Positions 1 through 12,694 of a stretch of 64,000 nucleotides of DNA are shown in pieces. The stretch spans positions 37,242 through 101,241 of the forward strand of contig JACPIS010000040.1 in NCBI GenBank assembly GCA_016187925.1, given 5' to 3'. The notes beneath the pieces were generated by a model. The model had not been told where the DNA came from and searched no databases. It saw only the letters and a program-made list of their open reading frames with translations. Source of the DNA: Opitutia bacterium (GTDB taxonomy: Bacteria > Verrucomicrobiota > Verrucomicrobiia > Opitutales > Opitutaceae). How positions within the stretch are numbered: the first letter of the stretch is position 1; every line of letters starts with the position of its first letter. The position numbers and the translations under genes were made by a program.

Positions 1-529
1 CCCGCTGTCCAACGCCAGCTACGTCGTGGTGTTCGCCTATTTCTGCCTGCACGAGGTCGGCGCGCACTGGACCTATTCCGAGGTGCCCTACAACGACTGG
101 TGGCGCGGTCTTTTCGGCGTGACGCTGAACGAGCTGCTGGGCTGGCAGCGCAACCACTACGACCGCTTCCTGCATTTCATCTACGGCTTCCTGATCACGC
201 ACCCGATGCGCGAGCAGATCCTCCAACCGGTGCGCGCCCGCGGCTTCTGGAGCTACGCCCTGCCGGTCGTGCTGCTGACGTTCACCTCGACCGCCTACGA
301 ACTGATCGAGTGGGCCGCGGCGGTCGTCTTCGGCGGCGATCTCGGCATGGCCTACCTCGGCACGCAGGGCGATGTGTGGGATGCGCAGCGCGACACCGCC
401 CTGGCTACGCTCGGCTCCATCCTCGCCATGCTGCTCGCCGCCCGGATCAACCGCTGGCGCGGCCGCGACGCGGCGGCGGAGTTCGCCGAGCGCACCGTCC
501 GGGAGCGCGCGGCGACCGCTCGCCCCTGA
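1..529 (+). CDS. YjdF-like (DUF2238) inner-membrane protein, 5' end probably outside the window
   Basis: The frame is open from the window edge. The product is hydrophobic, with HWTYSEVPY and YELIEW motifs I associate with YjdF/DUF2238. Third codon positions are GC-rich. Confidence 0.55.
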   Translation, partial: PLSNASYVVVFAYFCLHEVGAHWTYSEVPYNDWWRGLFGVTLNELLGWQRNHYDRFLHFIYGFLITHPMREQILQPVRARGFWSYALPVVLLTFTSTAYELIEWAAAVVFGGDLGMAYLGTQGDVWDAQRDTALATLGSILAMLLAARINRWRGRDAAAEFAERTVRERAATARP

Positions 530-593
530 CCCGCCCCGCGGCGGTGGCACACCGGAACGTGTCATTGCCGGGCATTTGCCTTGAGCCGCTCCG

Positions 594-1895
594 GTGGGCG
601 TGTTGCCCTCGCGCGACTCCTGCATGAGCGACGCCGCCACCCCACGTCTTCGCGACATCACTGCGCCGCAGTGGAAATCCGGTATCGCGGCGTGGCTCGG
701 CTGGCTGTTCGACGGACTCGAACTGCATCTCTACACGCTCGTCGCCACGCCGCTCGTCATCGGCCTGCTCGGCGCGGTCAGCGCGGCCGATCCGGCGGTG
801 AAGGAGAAGAGCGCCTACATCCAGGCGGCTTTCCTCACCGGCTGGGCGCTGGGCGGCGCGTTTTTCGGCCGGCTGGGCGACCGCATCGGCCGCAGCCACG
901 CGCTCGCGCTCACCGTGCTCACGTATGCGCTGTGCACCGGCCTGTGCGCGCTGGCGCAGACGTGGTGGCAGCTGATGCTGTTCCGCTTCCTCGCCGCGCT
1001 CGGCATCGGCGGCGAATGGGCGGTGGGCGCCTCGCTGCTCGCGGAGACCTGGCCGCGCGCGTGGCGGCCGTGGCTGGCCGCCGTGCTCCAGAGCGGCGTC
1101 AACCTCGGCATCCTGCTCGCAGCGGCCATCGTCGGCCTGCTCGCGCTGCTGCCCCACCCGCCGCCCGAACGCTACGTCTTCCTCGTCGGCGTGCTGCCCG
1201 CGCTGCTCGTGTTCTGGATCCGCCGGCAGGTGCCGGAGCCCGAGGCGTGGGCCGACGCCGAAGCGCACGCGACCGTGAAGCCCGGCGTGCGCGACCTGTT
1301 CCGCGGCGCCGTCGCATCGACGACATGGCGCACGACCGCCGTGTGCGCGTTCGGCCTGTCGGCATGGTGGCTCTTCGTCTTCTGGCATCCGCAGCACCTG
1401 CGCAAGCTGCTCGCGGCCGACGGCGTGGCTGCCGCCGAGATCACGCAGCGCGTCTCGCTGGCGTTTTTCGTGGTCAATTTCGCCGCCTTGCTCGGCAACT
1501 TCGCCGCGGGCGGGCTGGCCAAGCTCATCGGCCACCGTCGCGCCATCATGGTCATGCTCGCCGGCCTGTGCGGCGCGATGACGGGCGCGTTCGCCGTGCC
1601 GCGCGGCTTCGGCGAGCTGGCGTGGCTCTGGATTCCGCTGGCCGGCACGTGCTCGGGCGTGTTCGGATTGTTCACGATGTATCTGCCGCCGCTTTTCCCG
1701 ACACTGCTGCGCACGACCGGCGCGGGCTTTTGCTACAACATCGGACGGCTCGCCGCGGCGGCGGCCTCGCTCATCTTCGGCTGGCTGGCGCCGGTGGGGG
1801 ATTTCCGCGTCGCGTTGCTGGCGTCGGGCTCGCTCGCGCTGATCGCCGCCGTGTGGGCGCACTGGCTGCCCGAGCACGGCGCGGCCGAAGCGTGA
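594..1895 (+). CDS. MFS transporter
   Basis: 433-aa ORF with about 12 hydrophobic segments. It has the MFS loop motif GRLGDRIGR after TM2. An alternative ATG lies at 624. Confidence 0.8.
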   Translation: MGVLPSRDSCMSDAATPRLRDITAPQWKSGIAAWLGWLFDGLELHLYTLVATPLVIGLLGAVSAADPAVKEKSAYIQAAFLTGWALGGAFFGRLGDRIGRSHALALTVLTYALCTGLCALAQTWWQLMLFRFLAALGIGGEWAVGASLLAETWPRAWRPWLAAVLQSGVNLGILLAAAIVGLLALLPHPPPERYVFLVGVLPALLVFWIRRQVPEPEAWADAEAHATVKPGVRDLFRGAVASTTWRTTAVCAFGLSAWWLFVFWHPQHLRKLLAADGVAAAEITQRVSLAFFVVNFAALLGNFAAGGLAKLIGHRRAIMVMLAGLCGAMTGAFAVPRGFGELAWLWIPLAGTCSGVFGLFTMYLPPLFPTLLRTTGAGFCYNIGRLAAAAASLIFGWLAPVGDFRVALLASGSLALIAAVWAHWLPEHGAAEA

Positions 1896-1909
1896 GACTT
1901 TCCTTTCCC

Positions 1910-3049
1910 GTGAGAATCCTTTCCCTTCTCTGCTGCTTCGCTTTCATCTCTCCTTTGTCCCACGCCATGCAGTCGACCCTTCTCATCGGCACCAGCTCCG
2001 GCCCCGGCGGCCCGAATCAAGGCATCTATGCCGTCAAATTCGACTCCGCCACCGGCGAGTGCTCGACCGCCCGGCTCGCCGCCGCCGTTGCCAACCCGGG
2101 TTTCCTCGCGGCCCATCCATCCGGCCGGTTCATCTACAGCGCCGGCGAATCTGGCCGTTCCCCCGACGGCAACGCCATCGGCGCGATGTTCGCCTATGCC
2201 CTCGATTCTGCGTCCGGCTCGCTCGCGCCACTGAACTCGTCTCCGACCGGCGGCCTCGCGGCCACGCATCTGGCGGTCGATGCCACGGGACGCATGCTCG
2301 TTGCCGCCAGTTATCACGGCGGCCAGGTCCTGGCTTTCCCCATCGGCTCCGACGGCCGGCTGGGAGCGCGCGCCGCGTTTATTCCGCTCAGCGGCAAGCT
2401 CGGTCCCAACGCCCAGCGTCAGGAAAAACCGCACCCGCACTCGGTCACGTTCTCACCCGACAACCACTTCGCCTACGTCTGCGATCTCGGGCTCGACCGC
2501 ATCTTCTGTTTCCGGCTCGATCCCGCCACGGCCACGCTGACTCCCGCCGGCGAATTCGCCGCTCCCGCCGGCGCCGGCCCGCGGCACAGCAAGTTTTCCG
2601 CGGACGGCCGGTTTCTCTACGTCATCAACGAACTGAGCTCCTCGGTCAGCGTCTTCGCCCGCGACGCGGCCACGGGCGCGCTCGCGCTGAAGCAGACGCT
2701 CAGCACGCTGCCGGCCGGCTTCACGGCCTACAACATCTGCGCCGAAATCCAGATCCATCCCGGCGACCGCTTCGTCTACGGCTCGAACCGCGGCCATGAC
2801 AGCCTCGCGGTCTTCGCCCGCAACGAGCGCGACGGCACGCTCAGCCTGGTGGAAGTCGCCCCTTGCGGCGGCAAGCACCCGCGGCATTTCGCGTTGTCGC
2901 CCGACGGCGCCTGGCTCGTCTGCGCCGGGCGCGACAGCAACAATCTCGCGTCCTTCCGCGTCGACGCCGCCACCGGCCGGTTGAGTCCGGCCGGTGAAGC
3001 GGTCGGCATTCCGGTGCCAACCTGCGTGCTTTTCACTCCGGCGAAATAG
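1910..3049 (+). CDS. Lactonase, 7-bladed beta-propeller family (6-phosphogluconolactonase-like), probably secreted
   Basis: This is the C-terminal part of the 581..3049 ORF. It shows repeated blade motifs ([48 protein letters not shown]). GTG 1910 gives a signal-peptide-like [19 protein letters not shown]. An alternative ATG lies at 1967. Confidence 0.75.
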   Translation: MRILSLLCCFAFISPLSHAMQSTLLIGTSSGPGGPNQGIYAVKFDSATGECSTARLAAAVANPGFLAAHPSGRFIYSAGESGRSPDGNAIGAMFAYALDSASGSLAPLNSSPTGGLAATHLAVDATGRMLVAASYHGGQVLAFPIGSDGRLGARAAFIPLSGKLGPNAQRQEKPHPHSVTFSPDNHFAYVCDLGLDRIFCFRLDPATATLTPAGEFAAPAGAGPRHSKFSADGRFLYVINELSSSVSVFARDAATGALALKQTLSTLPAGFTAYNICAEIQIHPGDRFVYGSNRGHDSLAVFARNERDGTLSLVEVAPCGGKHPRHFALSPDGAWLVCAGRDSNNLASFRVDAATGRLSPAGEAVGIPVPTCVLFTPAK

Positions 3050-3114
3050 CGTCCTGGAGCGGCGCACTTTTTCGCTTCGACCCCGACCCGGCCGCGGGCC
3101 TAGCCTGCGCGCGC

Positions 3115-3699
3115 ATGTCGAAGGTCTATTTCTACTACTCGGCGATGAACGCCGGCAAATCCACGGTGCTGCTCCAGTCGAGCTACAACTACCACGAACG
3201 CGGCATGCGCACGCTGCTGTTCACCCCGGCCATCGACACGCGCGCGGGCGCGGGCCGCGTGAAGTCGCGCATCGGACTCGAGGCCGAGGCGATGGCGTTG
3301 CAGGCTGACGAGGACATCTTCGCGCACGTGAAGGCCGCGCACGCCGCCCAGCCGGTCGCGTGCGTGCTCATCGACGAGGCGCAGTTCCTCACGCGCGGGC
3401 AGGTCGAGCAATGCACCGACATCGCCGATCAGCTGCGCATCCCCGTGCTGTGTTACGGCCTGCGCACGGATTTCCAGGCGCAGCTTTTCCCCGGCAGCGC
3501 GGCGCTGCTCGCGCTGGCGGACAATCTCATCGAGCTGAAAACCATCTGCCACTGCGGCCGCAAGGCCACGATGAACCTCCGCGTCGGACCGGACGGCCGC
3601 GCGGTGCGGGAAGGCGCGCAGGTGGAGATCGGCGGCAACGACCGCTACGTCGCGATGTGCCGCCGCCATTTCAAGGAAGCGCTGGCCGGCGCCCCGTGA
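3115..3699 (+). CDS. tdk: Thymidine kinase
   Basis: Contains [10 protein letters not shown]-loop, IDEAQF and a C-terminal CHCG...MCRRH zinc motif. Collinear with E. coli Tdk. Confidence 0.93.
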   Translation: MSKVYFYYSAMNAGKSTVLLQSSYNYHERGMRTLLFTPAIDTRAGAGRVKSRIGLEAEAMALQADEDIFAHVKAAHAAQPVACVLIDEAQFLTRGQVEQCTDIADQLRIPVLCYGLRTDFQAQLFPGSAALLALADNLIELKTICHCGRKATMNLRVGPDGRAVREGAQVEIGGNDRYVAMCRRHFKEALAGAP

Positions 3700-3711
3700 G
3701 GCGCGGTGCGC

Positions 3712-4023
3712 TCAGCCTTCGAGGCTGAAGTAGATCGGCAGGCTAAGTTTCATCTCGGCCGGCTGGCCGTCGATCTTGCCGGGCTTGAATTTCCACTGGG
3801 CGACGGCCTTCAGCGCCGGGCTGATGAACGCCTCGTTGGTCGCGTTCTCGACCGTCGGTTCCTTGACGAGTTCGTGTGCATCGACTGTGAACGAGATATT
3901 GACGACGCCGGTCACGCCCTCGGCCCGAAGTTCCTTGGGATACCCCGGCGCGGCCGACTTCAGCAAAACCCACCGGCAAGCCCTATCGAGCGTACGGCTA
4001 GTGCCGGCGGAAATCCCTGCCAA
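3712..4023 (-). CDS. Stand-alone TonB C-terminal domain protein (possibly an N-terminally truncated TonB)
   Basis: Contains YP..LRAEGVTGVV.ISFTVD....V.....EAF...AL.AV..WKFKPG, typical of the TonB_C fold. No TM or Pro-rich region lies upstream. Confidence 0.6.
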   Translation of the reverse strand: MAGISAGTSRTLDRACRWVLLKSAAPGYPKELRAEGVTGVVNISFTVDAHELVKEPTVENATNEAFISPALKAVAQWKFKPGKIDGQPAEMKLSLPIYFSLEG

Positions 4024-4133
4024 CAGCCACGCTTATCCGCAAGCGGCTGACACAGACGCAGCGCAAAAAGTGCGCAGCCTTCTTTATTTTTTGAGCAGAA
4101 TCCGCCGCCGGAGCCTGCTTTAATGAAAGCCGA

Positions 4134-5441
4134 ATGAACCACCACGACTGGTCTCAACTGAAGCAACGCGCCGTCTCCGCCGCCGACGCGGTCGCGCTCA
4201 TCCCCCATGGCTCCCGCGCCTTCCTGCACGGCGGCGCGGCCACGCCCTCCCCGCTCGTCGAGGCGCTCGCCGCCCGGCGCGACCTCGAGGGCCTGCGCCT
4301 CTACCATCTGCACACCGAGGGGCCGATGCCGTTCCTCGCGCCGGAGTGCGAGGGGCGCATCCGCTCCATCTCGCTCTTCACCGGCGCGGCCGCCCGCCCG
4401 GTTATCGCCGAGGGCCGCGCAGACTTCATGCCGGTGTTCCTCTCGGACATCCCTTATCTTTTCAACACGCGGCGCCTGCCGCTCGATGTCGCCATCCTCC
4501 AGCTCTCGCCGCCCGACGAGCACGGCTGGTGCACGCTCGGCACCTCGGTCGACTGCGCCCGCGCGGCCTTCGACAACGCCCGCATCGTCATCGCCGAGAT
4601 CAACGAGCAGATGCCGCGCACGCACGGCGAGGCCTTCGTGCCGTTCAGCCGCATCAACGCCTTCATCGCCACCGACCGCCCCCTGCACCAGCACGCGCCC
4701 GATCCCGAGAACGCCACCGAGGCGCAGATCGGCGAGATCATCGCCGGCCTCGTCGAGGACGGCTCGACGCTGCAGATGGGCATCGGCGCCATCCCCGACG
4801 CCGTGCTGACCCGCCTGAACAACAAGCACGACCTCGGCATCCACACCGAGATGTTCTCCGACCGGCTCGTGCCGCTCGTCGAGGCCGGCGTCGTCACCAA
4901 CCGCTTCAAGGCCGTCTACCCGAAGCGCATCATCACCGCCTTCTGCGTCGGCACGCGGAAGACCTTCGACTTCGTCCACGACAATCCCTTCGTCTCCTTC
5001 TTCGGCTCGGAGAAGACCAACGACACCGCCACGATCCGCAAGAACCCGAAGGTCGTCGCCATCAACTCTGCCATCGAGATCGACCTGACCGGCCAGGTCT
5101 GCGCCGACTCGATGGGCCACAACATCTACTCCGGCATCGGCGGCCAGATGGACTTCATCCGCGGCGCGGCGCTCTCGCCCGGCGGCAAGCCCATCATCGC
5201 CCTGCCCTCCACGGCCAAGAGCGGCAAGCTCACCCGCATCGTGCCCGAGCTGAAACCCGGCGCCGGCGTCGTCACCACCCGCGGCCACGTGCACTGGGTC
5301 GTCACCGAGTACGGCGCCGTCAACCTGCAGGGCATGACGCTGCGCGAGCGCGCCGAGGCGCTCATCAGCATCGCGCATCCGGACTTCCGCCCCGAGCTGC
5401 GGAAGGCGGTTGCCGCCATCCGGCATTTTCACTTCAGTTGA
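4134..5441 (+). CDS. Acetyl-CoA hydrolase/transferase family protein (4-hydroxybutyrate CoA-transferase-like)
   Basis: 435 aa. The motifs GAATP..L, LQMGIGAIPDAV and EMFSD, together with the family length, fit the Cat1/Cat2/AbfT type. Confidence 0.85.
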   Translation: MNHHDWSQLKQRAVSAADAVALIPHGSRAFLHGGAATPSPLVEALAARRDLEGLRLYHLHTEGPMPFLAPECEGRIRSISLFTGAAARPVIAEGRADFMPVFLSDIPYLFNTRRLPLDVAILQLSPPDEHGWCTLGTSVDCARAAFDNARIVIAEINEQMPRTHGEAFVPFSRINAFIATDRPLHQHAPDPENATEAQIGEIIAGLVEDGSTLQMGIGAIPDAVLTRLNNKHDLGIHTEMFSDRLVPLVEAGVVTNRFKAVYPKRIITAFCVGTRKTFDFVHDNPFVSFFGSEKTNDTATIRKNPKVVAINSAIEIDLTGQVCADSMGHNIYSGIGGQMDFIRGAALSPGGKPIIALPSTAKSGKLTRIVPELKPGAGVVTTRGHVHWVVTEYGAVNLQGMTLRERAEALISIAHPDFRPELRKAVAAIRHFHFS

Positions 5442-5444
5442 CGC

Positions 5445-6446
5445 GTGAGCCTCCGCGTCGCCTTCTTCGATACCAAGCCCTACGACCGCGAGCACTTTGA
5501 GCCCGCCGGTCTGGACGGACGGAAATTCCATTTCCTCGAGCACCGGCTCGGGCCCAACACGGTCGCCACCGCCCGGGAGGTCGACGCGGTCTGCGTGTTC
5601 GTCAACGACCGGCTCGACCGGCCCGTGCTCGCGCAACTGCGCGCCGCCGGCGTGAAACTCGTGGCGCTGCGCTGCGCAGGCTTCAACAACGTCGACCTCG
5701 CCGCGGCCAAGGAGCTCGGCATCGCCGTCACCCGCGTGCCGGCCTACTCGCCGCACGCCGTGGCCGAGCACACGGTGGCGTTGCTGCTCACGCTGAACCG
5801 CCGGATCCACCGCGCGCACAGCCGCGTGCGCGAGCTGAACTTCTCCCTCAACGGCCTCGTCGGCTTCGACCTGCACGGCAAGGCCGCCGGCATCGTCGGC
5901 ACCGGCCGCATCGGCCGCCTCACGGCGGAGATCTTGCGCGGCTTCGGCATGCGCGTGCTGGCCTACGACGTGCAGCCCGACACCGCCTGGGCCGCCGCCC
6001 ACAGCGTCACCTACGCCCCGCTCGACCGGCTCTTCGCCGAGAGCGATGTCCTCTCCCTGCACACGCCGCTCACCCCGCAAACACAACGCCTCATCAACGC
6101 CACCACTCTCGGCCAGATGAAGCGCGGCGTCTATCTCGTGAACACCTCCCGCGGCAAACTGATCGACACCGCCGCACTCATTCACGCCCTGAAATCAGGC
6201 CAGGTCGGCGGCGTCGCGCTCGACGTCTACGAGGAGGAGGAAGGCATCTTCTTCGAGGACCACTCCGGCGGCATGCTGCAGGACGACACCCTGAGCCGGC
6301 TGCTCACGTTCCCCAACGTGCTCATCACCTCGCATCAGGCCTTCCTTACCCGCGAAGCCCTGACCGAGATCGCCCGCGTCACGATCGAGAACCTCGACCG
6401 TCTCGCCACCGGCCAGCCCTACCTCGAAGGCACGCAGCTCGCCTGA
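5445..6446 (+). CDS. ldhA: D-lactate dehydrogenase / D-isomer-specific 2-hydroxyacid dehydrogenase
   Basis: Near-collinear with E. coli LdhA: LRCAGFNNVDL, VPAYSPHAVAEH, GTGRIG NAD motif, DVYEEE, SHQAFLT. GTG start 3 nt after the upstream stop. Confidence 0.9.
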   Translation: MSLRVAFFDTKPYDREHFEPAGLDGRKFHFLEHRLGPNTVATAREVDAVCVFVNDRLDRPVLAQLRAAGVKLVALRCAGFNNVDLAAAKELGIAVTRVPAYSPHAVAEHTVALLLTLNRRIHRAHSRVRELNFSLNGLVGFDLHGKAAGIVGTGRIGRLTAEILRGFGMRVLAYDVQPDTAWAAAHSVTYAPLDRLFAESDVLSLHTPLTPQTQRLINATTLGQMKRGVYLVNTSRGKLIDTAALIHALKSGQVGGVALDVYEEEEGIFFEDHSGGMLQDDTLSRLLTFPNVLITSHQAFLTREALTEIARVTIENLDRLATGQPYLEGTQLA

Positions 6447-6452
6447 GTGCGC

Positions 6453-8111
6453 TCAGAACGCCGGCTCGCCGTCGGCGGGCGGACGGGGCGGGCGCAGCGT
6501 GACGACGAGGTAATAGCCGAGCGTGGCCAGCACGGCGCAGCCGAGCAGGAACCAGTCGCCCTTCTCGGTGTAGAAACTCAGCCGCCCCTGCCAGCGCAGG
6601 TCGCGCGTGACGGTCACCGTCTCCGCGCCGCGGAAATACACGCTGCCGTTCTCGTCGCGCAGGTTCGCGCGGATGTTGCCGTACTCATCGATCCAGCCGC
6701 TCCAGCCGCCGTTGCCGACGCGGATGAGCGGCCGGCGGTTCTCCACCGCGCGCAGCACCGAATGGGCCGCGTGCTGGTAGGCCGCCCCGCCCTCGCCGAA
6801 CCAGCCGTTGTTCGTCACGACGGCCAGCACCTCGGCGCCCTCGCGCGTGCTTTCGCGTGCCAGCGCCGGGAAAATGTCCTCGTAGCAGATCAGCAGGCCC
6901 ACGGGCACGGTGCCGCGACCGACCGGCAGCGACAGCGGCCGGGCGGAGCCGCCGCGTTGGAAGTCCCCGCCGATGGGCACCACTTTCTCGAGCCAGCCGA
7001 ACACGGGGCGCAGCGGGATGTATTCGCCGAACTGCACGAGCTTGCGCTTGGCGTAGCCGGGCTGGCGCACACCCGCCACGGGATCGACGACGAACGCCCC
7101 GTTGTACCAGAGCAGCCCGGTTCCATCGCCCGGCTCCGTGAACACCGAGCCGAGCAACAGCGGCTTGCCCGTGCGCTTCGCCACGGAGGTGAGCCACTCG
7201 GCGACGTTGGGATCGCGGTTCAGCGCCCACGGCGTCACCGCCTCGGGCCAGAAGATCGCCTCGGGGGCGCCGCGGTCGTTGGCATCGAACGTGACCTGTT
7301 CGATGGTGCGCAAAACGTCGCGCGCCTTGGTCGCGTCCCACTTTTCGCCCTGCGGGATGTAGGGTTGCACGAGCGCGGCGCGCACGAGCTTCTGCCGCTG
7401 CTGGCCGAAGAAATCGCTGAGAAACGGAAACGTCGACGCCATGAGCACGAGGAGGCCGAGCGTGAACTCCGGGCTGCGCTTGCGCAGGCCGGTCGCGCCC
7501 TCGAAGAAAATGCGATGCGCGTAGGCCGCCGCGCCGAGGTTGAAGGCGATGAGCACGAACGACACCACCCACGCGCCGCCGTAGGCCGCGACCTGCAGCA
7601 TGAACGGCCGCTGCCACTGGCTCGCCGCCAGCGGCAGCCACGGGAAGCCGCCGAAAATCCAGCCGCGGAACCACTCGAGCACGACCCACAACGCCGCCAG
7701 CGCCAGCAGGCCGATCAGCCGCATCACAACCTGATGGCCATGCAGGCGCGGCAACGCCCACCACGCAGCGAGAAACCACACCCCGGTCAGCAGGCCCATG
7801 AACGGCCCGAGCAGGAACAGCCCCGGCCAGGTGACATGATGCAGCCAGCCGAGCAGAGCCGTCCACGCCACCACCTGCGCGCCCAGCACGGACCACGCGT
7901 AGAGGCGGAACGCCGGCTTACGGTAGGCCCAGAGCAAAGCCGGCACGGCAAACGCAAACGTCAGCTCACCGGCGTTGACCGGCGGGAAAATCACATAACC
8001 CAACACCGCCGTCGCTACGAACACCCCCAGCGCCCAGCCCAGCCCCGGATGCCGCATCCCGAACGTGGACGCAGGAGCGTAGGAGTCGAAGGTATCTGAA
8101 GATTCAGGCAT
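6453..8111 (-). CDS. lnt: Apolipoprotein N-acyltransferase
   Basis: Multi-TM N-terminal half plus a CN-hydrolase domain (WPE, YAKRKLV.FGEY, LICYED). The start was chosen at ATG 8111 (MPESSD) inside the longer ORF. Confidence 0.88.
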   Translation of the reverse strand: MPESSDTFDSYAPASTFGMRHPGLGWALGVFVATAVLGYVIFPPVNAGELTFAFAVPALLWAYRKPAFRLYAWSVLGAQVVAWTALLGWLHHVTWPGLFLLGPFMGLLTGVWFLAAWWALPRLHGHQVVMRLIGLLALAALWVVLEWFRGWIFGGFPWLPLAASQWQRPFMLQVAAYGGAWVVSFVLIAFNLGAAAYAHRIFFEGATGLRKRSPEFTLGLLVLMASTFPFLSDFFGQQRQKLVRAALVQPYIPQGEKWDATKARDVLRTIEQVTFDANDRGAPEAIFWPEAVTPWALNRDPNVAEWLTSVAKRTGKPLLLGSVFTEPGDGTGLLWYNGAFVVDPVAGVRQPGYAKRKLVQFGEYIPLRPVFGWLEKVVPIGGDFQRGGSARPLSLPVGRGTVPVGLLICYEDIFPALARESTREGAEVLAVVTNNGWFGEGGAAYQHAAHSVLRAVENRRPLIRVGNGGWSGWIDEYGNIRANLRDENGSVYFRGAETVTVTRDLRWQGRLSFYTEKGDWFLLGCAVLATLGYYLVVTLRPPRPPADGEPAF

Positions 8112-8120
8112 GGCCGCTGT

Positions 8121-8186
8121 GGGAGGGGCTTTACGCCCCGACGGGAATGGATCGACGCATCGCGGTCGGGGCATAAAGCCCCTCCC
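8121..8186. repeat. Palindromic intergenic repeat doublet (GGGAGGGGCTTTACGCCCCGAC / GTCGGGGCATAAAGCCCCTCCC)
   Basis: Inverted 22-nt arms were read directly. A related arm is at 31123..31146. Confidence 0.8.
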
Positions 8187-8226
8187 GCTCAGTCGCCTCT
8201 TCCGAGTTGGAAACACTCCTCATGCT

Positions 8227-8919
8227 TCAGAGCTCCGCGAGCAACGGCGGCAGATCGCCGAGGCGGTCGACGCGCCGGAAGCGCGGCTGGTTTTGCGGCG
8301 CCTCCTCGACGTGCTCGTGCTGCCAGGTGATGTGATACGGGATGTGCACGCCCGCGCCGCCGAGCTCGAGCACCGGCAGGATGTCGGACTTGAGCGAGTT
8401 GCCGACCATGACGAACTCCTCCGGCGCGACGCCGTGGCGGCGCAACACGCGCTGGTAGGCGGCACCGTCTTTCTCGCTCAGGATCTCGACGGCGTGGAAG
8501 TGCGCGGCGAGGCCCGACTCGGAGATCTTGCGCTCCTGGTCGCGCAGGTCGCCCTTGGTGATGATCATCAGCCGGAAGTCGCGCGCGAGCGCGGGCACAA
8601 TCTCGGGGACGCCCGGCAGCAGGTCGACGGGGTGCGCCAGCATGTCCTGGCCGTTGGCGAGGATTTCGCGGATCTCCTGCGCACTGATCGTGCCCTTGGT
8701 CAGCTCGATGGCGGTCTCGACCGCGCTGAGCATGAAGCCTTTCACGCCGTAGCCGTAGAGGCGGAGGTTGCGCATCTCGGTGGCGAAGAGCGCGCGGTCC
8801 ACCTCGGCGGGCGCATGGTAGCGGGCAAGCAGCTGCCGGTAGCGCTCCTGGGCGCGGTCGAAGATGTTCTCGTTGTGCCAGAGCGTGTCGTCGGCATCGA
8901 AACCGATTATGCGGATCAT
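8227..8919 (-). CDS. HAD-superfamily hydrolase
   Basis: N-terminal FDADDTLW (DxDxT) motif, ITKGD, and GNSLKSD near the C-terminus. Confidence 0.85.
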   Translation of the reverse strand: MIRIIGFDADDTLWHNENIFDRAQERYRQLLARYHAPAEVDRALFATEMRNLRLYGYGVKGFMLSAVETAIELTKGTISAQEIREILANGQDMLAHPVDLLPGVPEIVPALARDFRLMIITKGDLRDQERKISESGLAAHFHAVEILSEKDGAAYQRVLRRHGVAPEEFVMVGNSLKSDILPVLELGGAGVHIPYHITWQHEHVEEAPQNQPRFRRVDRLGDLPPLLAEL

Positions 8920-8947
8920 GGCGGCAAGCGTGGTTTCGGGGCCGGTG

Positions 8948-9460
8948 CTAGCCAGCCCATTTCTCGCCCGTGAGTTCGTCAGTCATCAATGTGATCGCGA
9001 ATGCGCTGTCGTAGGCGACGTTGAGGGCGAACTTCCGGCCGGCCAGCACGCAGCGGTAGATGAGGCGGTCGGTGTCATGCGTAGGCACGGTCCCGAGTTC
9101 GGCGGCGGAGAACCAGCCGAGGGTGCCTTCGTTGCTGGCCGGCGCAGGCACCCAGGGAGTGTCGCCGACATAGATGAAGGTGCACCAGTTGTAGGCAAGC
9201 GGAGACGTCTCGACCATTGTGCCACAGAACTCGACCGCCTCGAGCTGGAGACCGGATTCCTCGCGGATCTCGCGGATGGCGGCGTCGCGCGGGTTCTCGA
9301 ACGGATCGACCTTGCCACCCATCGGCACCCAGAGACCGACGTGCGGCTCCTTGATGCGGCGGAGCAACAGGTAACGGTCGTCCGCGCGTACGAGGCAGAG
9401 GGAGGCGACGCGTTTGGAGCCGGGCGGCAGCGCGTGGGCGGTCGGTGAAGGGGCGGCCAT
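8948..9460 (-). CDS. NUDIX hydrolase
   Basis: Nudix box GGKVDPFENPRDAAIREIREESGL. The start is ATG 9460 inside the longer GC-artefact ORF. Confidence 0.85.
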   Translation of the reverse strand: MAAPSPTAHALPPGSKRVASLCLVRADDRYLLLRRIKEPHVGLWVPMGGKVDPFENPRDAAIREIREESGLQLEAVEFCGTMVETSPLAYNWCTFIYVGDTPWVPAPASNEGTLGWFSAAELGTVPTHDTDRLIYRCVLAGRKFALNVAYDSAFAITLMTDELTGEKWAG

Positions 9461-9477
9461 GGCGGCAGCGGAGCGCG

Positions 9478-12459
<2,982 letters not shown>

Positions 12460-12694
12460 GAAAGGCGGAAACGATTAGCCGCGTGCGGCGGCTAGGCAAC
12501 TGACAAATGGTCCCGTGGAAAGGTCCGTGGAAATCCCACTGGGGCGAGGATTTAGGCCGGTTGCCCATCTTCGCCGGCGTCGGCGGACGCGTCCCGCCCG
12601 CCGGACGGAATGTCGCGACGCTAGCCTCCTTGGCCGACGCCTGCTTGCCCCTTGGCCGGGTTTGTTTATCGCAAAACGCCAGTCCCCACGCCCC

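Noticed and set aside
447-1877. 476-aa Arg/Glu/Ala-rich ORF on the minus strand
   Set aside because: It is antisense to the MFS transporter. Its composition is implausible for a real protein.
3960-6185. 741-aa ORF on the minus strand
   Set aside because: It is antisense to the CoA-transferase and ldhA genes, which have clear family motifs. It is an artefact.
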